A stretch of 64,000 bases of DNA from Antedon mediterranea. Taxonomy: Eukaryota > Animalia > Echinodermata. A program made the position numbers and the translations under genes. Location: NCBI RefSeq assembly GCF_964355755.1, contig NC_092677.1, positions 25,097,175-25,161,174 on the forward strand, given 5' to 3'. A model generated the notes under the pieces. It made no database searches. It worked only from the letters and a program-made list of their open reading frames with translations, and was not told where the DNA came from. This document shows, piece after piece, positions 24,679-37,300 of the stretch. Within the stretch, counting starts at the first letter, position 1. Every line of letters starts with the position of its first letter.

Positions 24679-24760
24679 GTAGTGGAGCTGTAGCTTGGGT
24701 AACTTGTCTTCCAATCCCAAGGTCCAGGGTTCAATCCTGACATTGTGCAATGTTGTAACT
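24679..24760 (+). mobile_element. Degenerate tRNA-derived SINE head
   Basis: 'gtggagctgtagc..caatcccaaggtccagggttcaatcc'; a similar stretch lies on the minus strand at ~30760..30822. Confidence 0.35.
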
Positions 24761-26082
24761 CACAACTCTTTCAACTCAGCTTCTTAAGCCTCAAATGAGA
24801 CGTAGTTTATAAGCATGATAAATTATAAAATAGTTTATCTATCCTGTAATTGACCAGTTGCTCGCTGTTGAATGCGTTTGGAAAACAATTTTAAAAAGTT
24901 GACGAAAAGTTCTTATTTTTTAATAGTAGGATGAAATGATTATATTATATTTGTTTGTATCTTTCAGGTACATGACTGCACAATGGTGAAATATATTTTA
25001 AACTATTCAATTTGAGTCTGAAATCAACTATAGTTTGTAATGTCTATTTTTCGTATTTTTATATAGTTTGGTCGAAAATGTAATGTGGGCTTAGTTTGGT
25101 CTGAAATGTAACGTATGTGTGCTACCTCTACAGTACTACAGTACTAGAAATATATACAAAACAAACAAAAACAAAAAAGTCCACAAATAGTTAATAAGAA
25201 CAAAAAAGGAAACCAAATCTCCATTGCTAAGAGCCTGTGCTCCCCTTTTCATTTATAACGTTAAAACATTTTACATCTTACCAGAAATGTTGAAAAATTA
25301 TCTATAAGAAAAGAATCTTTAACTTCATCATGGAGATAACAAATTTATTCCTAAATACCCACAACGGTAAACTGTTCTGAGTTGCTATTAACAATAGCCA
25401 AACATAATTGGTTATTCTGCAAATGTCTGCAATTCTCCAATTTCTGTTGTGTCACATCACAGTAAAAACTCATTATTGTTTACATTATGTTCACAGCCCG
25501 TTTTACTCCAACCTAAAAAAAATCAATTGATATAAATAACCTGATTTATTACAATCTGAATCATTTAAAACCAGTGAAAACAGGTCCTATGGGAATTCAA
25601 CAACTTATACTTTTTTATTATCAAGATTGTTTAAAATTATTAAAATAGAAACAATGTACTTTTTATCGTAAAAAAGTTCACATCATAAATTCCGGTAGCA
25701 CTTTGTCCTTGATTACCTTATAATCTTTTGACAAATTTACTCCCCCAAGATCTATTTAATGGTTCCCCAATGTGCAAAACCCTCACAAATAAAAACACAA
25801 TATTTACTTAGGAAAAAAGGAAATTCCGTTGGGAAGAAAAACAGTAGTTATGTCTTGTATATTGTTCATACAGTGTTTTACCTGGAATTGAGAATGCCAG
25901 AGGTTGTGCATTGTTATTACATGCAACCTACTTCCTAGCTGTTTGTGATGTTGTTATTTATTTAACACAGCTTTACGACATGTAGGGATATGTCAGTCAA
26001 GTAATTTCATGGTCGTAGCGTGTCTTCATGAAATTTAAGTTTAATATCTGAACCAAATATTCAATTTTAACTTTGCCTGAAC

Positions 26083-26105
26083 CATGGAGGTATAATACCT
26101 CCATG
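26083..26105. mobile_element. 23-bp palindromic transposon remnant with 7-bp TSD
   Basis: CCTGAAC-[CATGGAGGTATAATACCTCCATG]-CCTGAAC. Confidence 0.55.
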
Positions 26106-27686
26106 CCTGAACCAATTAGTATTTGTCTATGGTAGGTCAAAACCGAGTCAAAAAAGAGACCAATCTGTAGACCTAAGGCCGCATTTATTTCAAGAAAATC
26201 TCTTGTTTAGCGTACACTTTCAAACAATTTCAAGTATTTATTCTTTTATTGCTCCACTCAGATGTATACAAAAATTACATTGATAATAAAGATACGTAGA
26301 TACATAGTTTATGGGTTAAGATACACAGAAGCCAAAGTGGCTTGTCTTTGTAGTCCTAAGCATAAACATAAAACATATACGGACGCATTACATTAACAAA
26401 AATGACATTTTGAGACAGAAAAAAAAACAAAGTGAGATAAGCAAAATATTTACAACCCCAATTTTGAAGTAGCAATAGTAGCTAAGTGATGAGGGCAAGT
26501 TTAAAATAATGTTCCTTCCTGTAGAAAAATAATTGCTTTGCGAACCAAAGATGGTTTCATCAATTTCCCAACAAAATACTGTAGTCTTTGTTTTGTTTCA
26601 AATACTTTGTTTCAGCTTATGATTTAACGACTTACAAACACCCCCTCTTCCTAAAATTATCCTTATTTTCAGTAATCTTCTTTCGTCATTTCGATTTTTC
26701 TAAAAAACAAAAGCAAAACCAATACGTTACCAAAAACGAAGAGGAGTATTCTTTGGCCACATTTCTAAGCGTTTTGTTTTGCAGTAAACTTTTCATGAGT
26801 TATACAAATAATTCTACATAAATCATTATTTATTCCTCATTTAAATATATAAATGATGACTGATAGAAATGATGGATCTCTTGCAACAATCACTATAATA
26901 TTTTAAATACCAAACACTAATCAGAACTGAAAACTTGAAGATAGATCGGCCTTTAATAACTGAAGAATATACGTCAGTTGCCCTTAAATTTTCAACTCGG
27001 ATATGTCTCCCATTTCCCCCCTTATTTGATACAATTTATTCCCTTCCTGCATATTAATTTCTGTCATCATTAGTATTGCATTGTCAGGGTTTTTAATCTC
27101 AAAAGTCACGTGATAACATCAATCAAACCTAAATAAGTTGCAGCTGCTGATGTAACTCCAAATAAGGAATATGATTCCAAATATGGAAAATAGTTATATA
27201 TTCTGTATATTTAAATTTTAGTGCAAGAAATGTATATAAAACGTTGAAAGTGTGTTCTTGTCTTTATTATAGGCTATTTATATGTTTGCTTTATGTACAC
27301 GACAACTAACGATCAAATAACAGTTTTTCACATCGCAACTTATACAACGTAATTTTGAAAACTACAACCATTTTTCTATATACATACAACGTACATTTCT
27401 AGTTTAACAAAAACATTTTTCTAAACTTTCTATTATTTAAAAGTCGAAGATAGCCAGGTCTCGGGTCCATTCTATTTTCGCCACAGATTGATATCTTCAT
27501 CAGTACTTCTATGAATGGATGATTAGGTGGGAACACGAACGCTAGTTGATCATACCCAGTACCGTTTTGATCGTACGATTAATCGGGAAACCACCTCACG
27601 ACATATATTGTGCATAATCTAATTTTAAATGTGTGCATGCATGGTGTTTTTAGTATTAAAAAGTAAAAATGAGTTTATTTATATAA

Positions 27687-30070
27687 CTAGATGGCACGCT
27701 CGCTTCGCTCGCGTACCATCTAGGTCGTGCCCACAGATGGTTCTCGAATACACAGTATTTCCAGCGAGAAAAAAATGGAGATTTCAAATGTACGTTCCGC
27801 AGGACTATAATACATTGTCGTTTACAGAAACGAATAAATATACACAATGATTTATGTAGTCAACCAAAATTAGCACCCTGGGAATTACTTCCGAGAGAGA
27901 AACAAATTTTTTTATCTGGACTCATTTAAACAAACCCAATTTGTGTTTTGTATGTAACATTAAGGGTTGAGGGATGGGGGAAGAAGATAGGTACAAAGAG
28001 GAAACATTTTAAAATATATTCTTATCCACTCAGTAACGAAATATTGTTTTTAATGTTTTATAGGCCTATAAATAATATACCACTAAATACAGTAAAACAT
28101 TTACGATTTAATACGGTACTTTGTTAAAACTCTCACTGTCATAGTCGATTGAAATAGTAAAGTACATGTAACGATACACCACTACGACGTTTATATATTT
28201 TTAAATTATTAATTAATACAAACGTTGAGAAGCAACTGTCAGTAATAACGTTTATTTATTTGTATATTATATGTTTATAATCTAACAGTAGGGCCTACCC
28301 ACACTCACAGTAATAAAGTTTATTTGTATATATTTTTATATTACATCTAACAGTACCAACACTCACAGTAAGAAATTTGCGATTCAAATTGCGATCAAAA
28401 GTGGTTAATACCTTAACAGTATTGTACAGCATTGCAATACTATTTATGTTTATTCTCCAAGGGGGCCCATAAATCTAAATCTATACCTCTATGGTTAAAC
28501 CAAATAATTTGGAATGTTTATTTGTATATTATATGTTTATAATCTAACAGTAGGGCCTACCCACACTCACAGTAATAAAGTTTATTTGTATATATTTTTA
28601 TATTACATCTAACAGTACCAACACTCACAGTAAGACATTTGCGATTCAAATTGCGATCAAAAGTGGTTAATACCTTAACAGTATTGTACAGCATTGCAAT
28701 ACTATTTATGTTTATTCTCCAAGGAGGCCCATAAATCTAAATCTATACCTGTATGGTTAAACCAAATAATTTGGAATGTTCCATTCATCACAAATCAATA
28801 CATTTGTAAAAACGTATATTAAATGTATCAAAATAGTATTTTTTAAATTAAGAAAATCGGCCTGTCTTCAACATTATGATGCTGTACTCGAACTGTTCAA
28901 CCGGTTTTCAGCTATTAAAAACAATTATCGTAGGAGGAGATAGAAAAATGCGAAGCCTCCTCGCATTTTTGTGGCGGGTATTTTTCAAGATGGACATCCA
29001 TTAGACAGTGATACACCACTACGACGTTTATATATTTTTAAATTATTAATTAATACAAACGTTGAGAAGCAACTGTCAGTAATAACGTTTATTTATTTGT
29101 ATATTATATGTTTATAATCTAACAGTAGGGCCTACCCACACTCACAGTAATAAAGTTTATTTGTATATATTTTTATATTACATCTAACAGTACCAACACT
29201 CACAGTAAGAAATTTGCGATTCAAATTGCGATCAAAAGTGGTTATACCTTAACAGTATTGTACAGCATTGCAATACTATTTATGTTTATTCTCCAAGGGG
29301 GCCCATAAATCTAAATCTATACCTCTATGGTTAAACCAAATAATTTGGAATGTTTATTTGTATATTATATGTTTATAATCTAACAGTAGGGCCTACCCAC
29401 ACTCACAGTAATAAAGTTTATTTGTATATATTTTTATATTACATCTAACAGTACCAACACTCACAGTAAGACATTTGCGATTCAAATTGCGATCAAAAGT
29501 GGTTAATACCTTAACAGTATTGTACAGCATTGCAATACTATTTATGTTTATTCTCCAAGGAGGCCCATAAATCTAAATCTATACCTGTATGGTTAAACCA
29601 AATAATTTGGAATGTTCCATTCATCACAAATCAATACATTTGTAAAAACGTATATTAAATGTATCAAAATAGTATTTTTTAAAGAAAATCGGCCTGTCTT
29701 CAACATTATGATGCTGTACTCGAACTGTTCAACCGGTTTTCAGCTATTAAAAACAATTATCGTAGGAGGAGATAGAAAAATGCGAAGCCTCCTCGCATTT
29801 TTGTGGCGGGTATTTTTCAAGATGGACATCCATTAGACAGTGTATACCACGATCGGAAAACACCCCTATTTGGGGCAAATCTTTGAACCTAAATTCGTTT
29901 TAATCGTCAATAACTAATTATCTAACTTAATTTAATTAGTAAACAGGGTTACATCAGGTGGTTAAAATCAGTACCGAAAGTACGAACCAACTTTACATAC
30001 CATCGAGTAAAAATTCTAAAAGTAAGGCGCGATTTACCGAATTTTGCCCTTACGTAAATTTATATATAGA
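27687..30070 (-). mobile_element. Non-autonomous Helitron (2384 bp)
   Basis: Minus strand starts A|TCTATATATA and ends with hairpin CTAGATGGTACGC-GAGCGAAGCGA-GCGTGCCATCTAG|T; inserted between A and T with no TSD. Confidence 0.75.
28173..29842. repeat. Nested tandem duplication: 2 x ~837 bp, each containing 2 x 262 bp
   Basis: 'gatacaccactacgacg' at 28173 and 29010; 'gggcctaccc' at 28291 and 28553. Confidence 0.92.
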
Positions 30071-30287
30071 TATTTATAAATTCATTCATTCATTTACTGG
30101 AAAATATTAAATATTTATGTTCTACATAAATCATGATATCTTGAAATAAAATATGACGATAGCGAAAAGATGAATTCTTTGATTTTTTTGCAATCGTACT
30201 TTATGCTGTCACAGAACATGTGTAGTATTTCCCCGTCTTTATGTGTAATATATATTAATCCAAAGGAAAATTTGTGAAAATAATGAC

Positions 30288-30425
30288 AATACTGTGGGTA
30301 TCAGTGGCTGGATCTCAATGGAGATACAAATAAAATAAGCAAAAAGCTAAATCAAAACGATAAAGTAAGACAGCCAGAAAATTTAGCAGAGCTTTTGGGT
30401 AACACTAACTCCTTATCAATGAGAA
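30288..30425 (-). mobile_element. Penelope-like terminal remnant, degenerate copy
   Basis: Inverted homolog of 19780..19930 with a mutated core (TTGATAAGG..CCCAAAAGCTC). Confidence 0.55.
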
Positions 30426-32639
30426 TACTTGGACAAAGTAGATATTATAGGCCTAATAGGCTGGTGAATAGATGGTGGAGAGAGTAAGAGTAGAACACAT
30501 ATAATTTACTATTTAAGTAGGCCTACAAGTGTTTTGTTTTATTTTTTTGTTTTTATTTATTTACAGCATATATATATATATCTACCCATATAATTTACTA
30601 GGTCTAGTGTTTCTTTTATTTTATTTCAGCATATATATATCCCACAGCGATACATTGACAATTAGGATGATAACTAAACGTATGCTTTCAAACTAAGCCT
30701 AGTTAGGTAGGTCTAAGTAGTGCCACTGATTTGGCCTTCATTATGCAAAGCCTAGGATTACGCCGGAATTGGAACCCAGGCCCCTGGGATTGCAGATTAA
30801 GCTCCATGCTACAGTGCCACATAGGCCTACTTTCCTGTATCAGAAACCCACTTAAACTCACTCGTAGAAGGGCTTTATTAGGTAGGTTTTTTTGGCCATT
30901 AGAGAAAGGCTGGTACTGAGCCAGAGGTGAACTAAGGCCCCTGGAACGACTAAGCTCCATGCTAGAATTCTACAACTTATCCCTGTTCCATTTTCCTCCT
31001 TGGTCATTATACAAACTCTGATTATTTGTAGGCCTGAGTTTGGCCCCAGTGCTCTCGGACGGTATATGCTCCATTCCCCTTCCACATGTAGTGAAAATGA
31101 CAAAATGCCTTTGTCGAGATATCTTTCACTATGTGCCAATCTATTCTTCTAAATCTAATTAAACCTGTACAACTTTCGTCTCCGAATTGCAATAGTTCCC
31201 ACCACAGAATATATTTGATAGTCTGCCGATTCGAGCGCGCTGAATCCCGCCTAAAAAAATCCAGGTTCTCCGTATCATTACTCATAAAGCACACACCCTC
31301 GTGTTTTTTTTTTTCTGTGAGGGAGTGTTATCCAAATATGACCTTGATGTATAAACAAATGTGAACTTTTAAAACATGATTCGAGTAAATATGCCTAATT
31401 AATTGCATACAAATTCAATATTTGCGCGCCCTTCTCTCAACAACGCATGCGCGAAACACGTATTAGTGCACGATCACGTTTTCGAATGATCTATAATGCC
31501 GATATAGGTTATTGGTGTCCTATTGATTTACTTTACCTTATTAATAAACGCATGTATATTATATTGAGGGCATTCGCATATTGTTTTTTTTTATTATCTA
31601 GATTTTATATCAAAATCGATCTTTTAATGCGCAATAAACACTTCCAAAGTAGGAAAAACATTCGATTCAGAAAATATGCATATACATCTTGTTTTTGCTC
31701 TTTAGCCAACAACAAAATTAATTGACCTTCACTTCGGTATTCTTCGGCATCTCTAAGTCCGATGCGGCCGAATAAAATGTTACGTAATACCATGGAGCTT
31801 ATTGCAACATGTATACCGTTAAGTTATCTAAGCAAATCTTATGAAAACGAACCATACCAGATAAACTTCCTTAAATTCTAAAATGTGATGTTTCTGGCCG
31901 ACAAACCGATGGATGTAAACATTATTTCCACTTTCAATAGGTCTATTTATATACAAACATGCGTCTAGTCGCTTGAAAATGCGAAACCGGAATCTTTGCA
32001 AAAAAAAAAAAGACTTGTACTTTTTCATGTAAAGCACATGAGATACTTTATTAGAGAATTTTCGTATGATACTGGACAGATCAGCGAATCTGCTGCCAAG
32101 ATAAGCACATTTTAATGTGATCTATTTCATGTGTTTCGTAGTCTACTTTTTAAACATTTTCTCAGTTGCTGCTGAATGAAGAAATGCATGATTGCTGTAA
32201 ATACGTCCTTGCTTGTTTCCACATCAATCGATATCTTACTAAAGTCAACTTGCCTTTAAATGTTCTAAGCACCTTTACTTTATCTTGGATCATGCAGGTT
32301 TAGTCACCTGTCCTCGGGCACATGTCTCTTTAGCCCAAAGTTAAGTTAAAGTCTACCCACCTCTGTTATCTCATAAAATAGGGTTTGCGCAAACCAACTT
32401 TACATGTCTGTGCAATATCGATAGCACAACAAATAGGTCGTTCTGCGCTTCATCAATACACGTTCCCTCTTCACCTGTGATTCTAGTCAAACATCACCCA
32501 CGTATAATCATTTTAAGTTTTAGAAAATGGGCTATCGTAAAAATTGAGGCAACAGTTTAAATTGATTCGACTATGTTTTAAAATTAAATTAGGTTTATCA
32601 AAATAAAGTTTTATTGCCATGACGTAACGCTTTAGTCGT

Positions 32640-33710
32640 ACAGTTGTTCCTCTTTGTCGTTGTGTATTAAGGAGTCGTTTTCGTTAGTACAGAGTACTGC
32701 AACTTTCGCCGTCGTATTGAGTAATTTAGACCATAGTTCTCTTGGTCGTTGTGTATTAAGTCGTCGTCGTCGTTTTCGTTAGTACAGAGTACTGCAGCTT
32801 TCGCCGTCGTATAATCTAGGCCAATATTTAGTTCTCTTGGTCGTTGTGTATTAAGTCGTCCTTGTTTTCGTTAGTACACCAGAGTACTGCAGCTTTCGCC
32901 GTCGTATTGAGTAATTTAGGCCATAGTTCTCGTCGTCGTTGTGTATTAAGTCGTTGTCGTCGTTTTCGTTAGTACAGAGTACTTCAGCTTTCGCCGTCGT
33001 ATTGAGTAATTTAGGCCATAGTTCTCGTCGTCGTTGTGTATTAAGTCGTTGTCGTCGTTTTCGTTAGTGAAGAGTACTGCAGCTTGCGCCGTCGTATTGA
33101 GTAATTTAGGCCATAGTTCTCGTCGTCGTTGTGTATTAAGTCGTTGTCGTCGTTTTCGTTAGTACAGAGTACTTCAGCTTTCGCCGTCGTATTGAGTAAT
33201 TTAGGCCATAGTTCTCGTCGTCGTTGTGTATTAAGTCGTTGTCGTCGTTTTCGTTAGTGAAGAGTACTGCAGCTTGCGCCGTCGTATTGAGTAATTTAGG
33301 CCATAGTTCTCGTCGTCGTTGTGTATTAAGTCGTTGTCGTCGTTTTCGTTAGTACAGAGTACTTCAGCTTTCGCCGTCGTATTGAGTAATTTAGGCCACT
33401 ATAGTTCTCGTCGTCGTTGTGTATTAAGTCGTTGTCGTCGTTTTCGTTAGTACAGAGTACTGCAGCTTGCGCCGTCGTATTGAGTAATTTAGGCCATAGT
33501 TCTCGTCGTCGTTGTGTATTAAGTCGTTGTCGTCGTTTTTGTTAGTACAGAGTACTTCAGCTTTCGCCGTCGTATTGAGTAATTTAGGCCATAGTTCTCG
33601 TCGTCGTTGTGTATTAAGTAGTCGTCGTCGTTTTCGTTAGTGAAGAGTACTGCAGCTTGCGCCGTCGTATTGATTACTATAGTTCTCGTCGTCGTTGTGT
33701 ATTGAGTACG
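32640..33710. repeat. 95-bp CpG-rich satellite, about 11 copies
   Basis: 'gtgtattaag' at 32941, 33036, 33131, 33226, 33321; two alternating variants. Confidence 0.92.
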
Positions 33711-34637
33711 GTGTTTATAGTCGTCGTCTTCTTCACCTTATAATATGGGCTTATTCCGAATTGTACTCGTCTTTGATATTAAAATCTTTACGACGTCATT
33801 GTTGATACTTTATCATTTCCGGTTTTTAGTCTGATCGTCGTTATCATCTTCCAATCACTATAGCTCCAGCCTAACAGAGACTACAACTCAACAAGAAATT
33901 TAAAAGTTTATCATATTTTATTCGATTAAGTATGAAATGTACAGTCCAAGGTGTTTACAATAAACACATTTTCACTGTGTACACGTTTATACATAATTTT
34001 AGTCATCATAAAAATCTCAATATTTTATCTACAAATTTAACACCCGTCACAAATCAGTGTCGTCGTAAAACATCGATCTAAACCACAAACTCATTTTGCT
34101 GCTTTTTAGCAATTTATAACTTAAACAAAATTAAACTTTGTCCCCATTCAAAATATTTCTGCTATAACTTTTTCTAAAGCAGGCACAATGAAAATCCAAG
34201 CAAAAGGCTGGATTTATTGTCGTAAATTTTACCAAACAAAACAATTACTGTTATTACTAAAAACTCGAGCGTTAAGCTCTAAAGCGCCCTATTTAGAATT
34301 TGTCTCACAAGATACAGTACTTCCAGATTATTTCACTGGTTAGAAGTCGTCATAACTATTCATGTTATGGCAAGTTAAGCGTTGGTTAATGAAATTAAAA
34401 AAAAAATAAAAATACCAACATTTCTCCCTGATACCAAAATATGTATCCTATGGCAAAGCTTAGTAACAAATGGTAAAATATTTACAAAAAATGGAAATAA
34501 TCAGATAAAATTACTACTACTGTTTTGTATATCAAAAGCTTAACAAAATAAAAGTCCATGATTATTAAACAAATAATCGTGTCCCTAAATATTTTTAAAA
34601 AATCGACTAACCTACAAATTGCCCCGATGAGACAACA

Positions 34638-34819
34638 AGGTTTATCGCAAATAGCTTGATTTCGCGAGGAACGTCATTGTACAATGCATGATGGGAAGTG
34701 TTTGGGAGCAAACGTCACGACGCGTACGTACAAACAGCAAATCACGCACGTACGTGTTTTAGACGTTTGCTTCCAAATCCTTCCCTCCATGCGTCGCGCA
34801 CGCTATTTGCGATGAACCT
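34638..34819. mobile_element. MITE family D (TIR GGTT.ATCGCAAATAGC)
   Basis: Fold-back structure; related copy at 52990..53102. Confidence 0.65.
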
Positions 34820-35788
34820 AAATATAGGCGTTATTTCCCGTTTTCATGCCCTTAATATTTAAATATAATTGATACTCATTTGTTTGTCAGGTCACATTTA
34901 CAACAAGCATAACCTATGCTGTATCAACTGTTAGGTTTAAAACGGAATATTATATAATTAGACAATTCCCTGATGGTTGTAGTATTTGTATGTGTGTTTA
35001 CGATTAACAGAATCTAAATAACGGAACGACTTAATAATTCCAAATACACCAGGTCAATATTAATATTTCTATTAATTCGGTTTCGTTATGAACAAAATCT
35101 TCACATAACAAAATAAATATAAACTTTATAAAACCAATTCCTAAAATATTCTTTTTTATAATAATCTCCACAATGATTCTGCAAAAACTTTTCCCAAATA
35201 ATGTACTTAACTTTAATTAGCTAAATTTTCCAAATCTGTTTAGCTATTTTGAAAATGTATATTTATAATACAGTAATAATACATTTAATGTACAAATGAT
35301 ATGATTTATAAACAATAATTCACAGCTATTTACATATTTAAATGAAAATTACAAGGTATCTCATATTTTAATAATATTCTTAATTTAATATTTTTAACAA
35401 TGTCCATTTAGAAAATATATTATTATTATTTAAATTTATCTGGACAATTATTTATTAATATGTTTGTGATATAAGTAATTTCTAGTTTACCTGATTGTAA
35501 AAACCGATGACAAAATATCTTTATTTTGGCATAGCGGAATGTATTTTTTGTACAAGTTATGGGTGTCTGAAATTGTCACTTCTCTAAACAACAGCCAACA
35601 ATATTACCGGACCATCTCTTTCCGGAACATTCCTTTTAACGGAGTTATAAGTGTCACCACCAATATTACCGGACCATCTCTTTCCGGGACATTCCTTTTA
35701 ACGGAACCAACTCTTTAAAACTATCTCTTTCACTTTACCACTCTTTATACCGTTATCGGTACTTAATATTGTACATCAAAACTACCGT

Positions 35789-35902
35789 GGTATGAAACCA
35801 TTTTGGTATGAAACCATCTTGGTATGAAACCATCTTGGTATGAAACCATCTTGGTATGAAACCATCTTGGTATGAAACCATCTTGGTATGAAACCATCTT
35901 GG
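35789..35902. repeat. 16-bp minisatellite GGTATGAAACCATCTT, 7 copies
   Basis: Direct reading of near-perfect units. Confidence 0.9.
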
Positions 35903-36535
35903 TTGGATCCCTGTTACCGTTTGTATACTTTTGGTATAGCTATAAGTTACCTGGTTAGGTTACAAGACTTCAAATTATATTCTTTTGTAAACTGAGGTAG
36001 GATCTCATCTGATGATGTAAACAAAACATTTCGCGCCAAATGTAAACAAAACACTGCGCGCCAAATGTAAACGGTCTATAATGGGTTAATATTTAAAATC
36101 ACAAAAATTCAACTGATAATTTTAATGTCGTGCGACGGTAAGAGAATAGTCGAAGTAAAAATATGTAATGATTTATTTCGATTAAGTTCGTTTCTGTATC
36201 GGGTATGCTTTTGGGAATATTTCTCTTTTATATTATATTCAATTCAATTCAATTCAATTCAATTCAATATTATATTAACGGTTTCCTATTAACTTATATT
36301 GTCAAAGTATACAATAAATAAAAAGACGTGATCGTACGCATTAAAGTAGGGGAACTGTTCCAGTAAGATTTGTAGGCTTGTTTGAAGTGTATGATGACGT
36401 AGTGATTATAAGTTGTCTTGTTAAAAGTATGTATCCTCAAGAATAAGTAAAAACTGTGATAGAAAACCAGATCCCGACGGGGACCGAGGTTCATATTTGT
36501 GTTTATCGATGTTGCTTATTGAGCGAGTATTCAGT

Positions 36536-37300
36536 TTAGAAAAGCTTGTTTAGAAATACAAGACATGTTACAAGTAAAAGCAGTTGTTGTAGTGAATGTG
36601 AAGTAGCGCTGCTTCCTGCTGGTGGATGTGATGCCGGTGTGTTCTGGACCACGTTTAGGCTATGCGGAGGCTCTAGAAGATTAGGGTTCGATCCAGCGCA
36701 GTGGATAAGAGGATTGTTATATGACGTCGGACGTGATTCTGGTTTATCTGGCAGCTGACCGTTTGTTGGCAACATTCCATCGTAGAGAAGCAGTTTACCC
36801 GCTGAGTTGTGATGCATTCTGTATAGCTGGTACTCAACCGTTGACATTATCAGGCCCAACGCCTTGCAACCGTTGATGTACGTCACATCCTGCTCTACGT
36901 CAATGTACCAAGATCCAAGTTTTCCGCAACCGCCTTCAGTGTTCAGCTTTTGCACAGAACCGACGCTCAACGGTTTTAACAACACCTGGTCAGTTTTAAT
37001 ATCGATATTGGTTCCTCCATCAACGATGCTAGATCGTACACCATCACTGTGCGTTCCTCGTGTTGTGATCGCGTACGCTGGTCGTCGACAATCCGGTTCT
37101 AGAAAGTACTTTATGTTGGCGCTCCACGTATTGTTTGCAAAGTACGAGACGTGCCGGGTCGTGAAGAAGCTTCCTTTTACCTCGCATCGTAAGCTGACCC
37201 ATTCGCCCTCTAGTTTCACTGGTAAGTGAATTTCCGGTTTGAGGATCGGTGGATGGAAGTCGTCGGCAAAGTGTATCTGATTACTAACGGTTTCATTTAC
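36536..37300 (-). CDS. APCDD1: APCDD1-like terminal exon (second APCDD1 domain plus hydrophobic tail)
   Basis: tttttcag acceptor, phase 0, 255 codons: HPPIL...LEGEWVSLRCEV..FTTRH; CG..GSW...VEQDVT..NGC.ALG; PDKPESRPTSY..PLIHC. Confidence 0.9.
   Translation of the reverse strand, partial: VNETVSNQIHFADDFHPPILKPEIHLPVKLEGEWVSLRCEVKGSFFTTRHVSYFANNTWSANIKYFLEPDCRRPAYAITTRGTHSDGVRSSIVDGGTNIDIKTDQVLLKPLSVGSVQKLNTEGGCGKLGSWYIDVEQDVTYINGCKALGLIMSTVEYQLYRMHHNSAGKLLLYDGMLPTNGQLPDKPESRPTSYNNPLIHCAGSNPNLLEPPHSLNVVQNTPASHPPAGSSATSHSLQQLLLLVTCLVFLNKLF

Noticed and set aside
26174-26956. Possible TTAA element with AAGGCCG termini
   Set aside because: Only ~8 bp of inverted match and no clean TSD on the left
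32640-33710. CRISPR-like regular repeat
   Set aside because: Whole 95-bp units are near-identical, with no unique spacers
35990-36012. let-7-like seed TGAGGTAG
   Set aside because: Match stops after 8 nt and no pre-miRNA hairpin is evident
36546-37229. Plus-strand ORFs of 70 and 121 aa
   Set aside because: Antisense shadows of the APCDD1 exon
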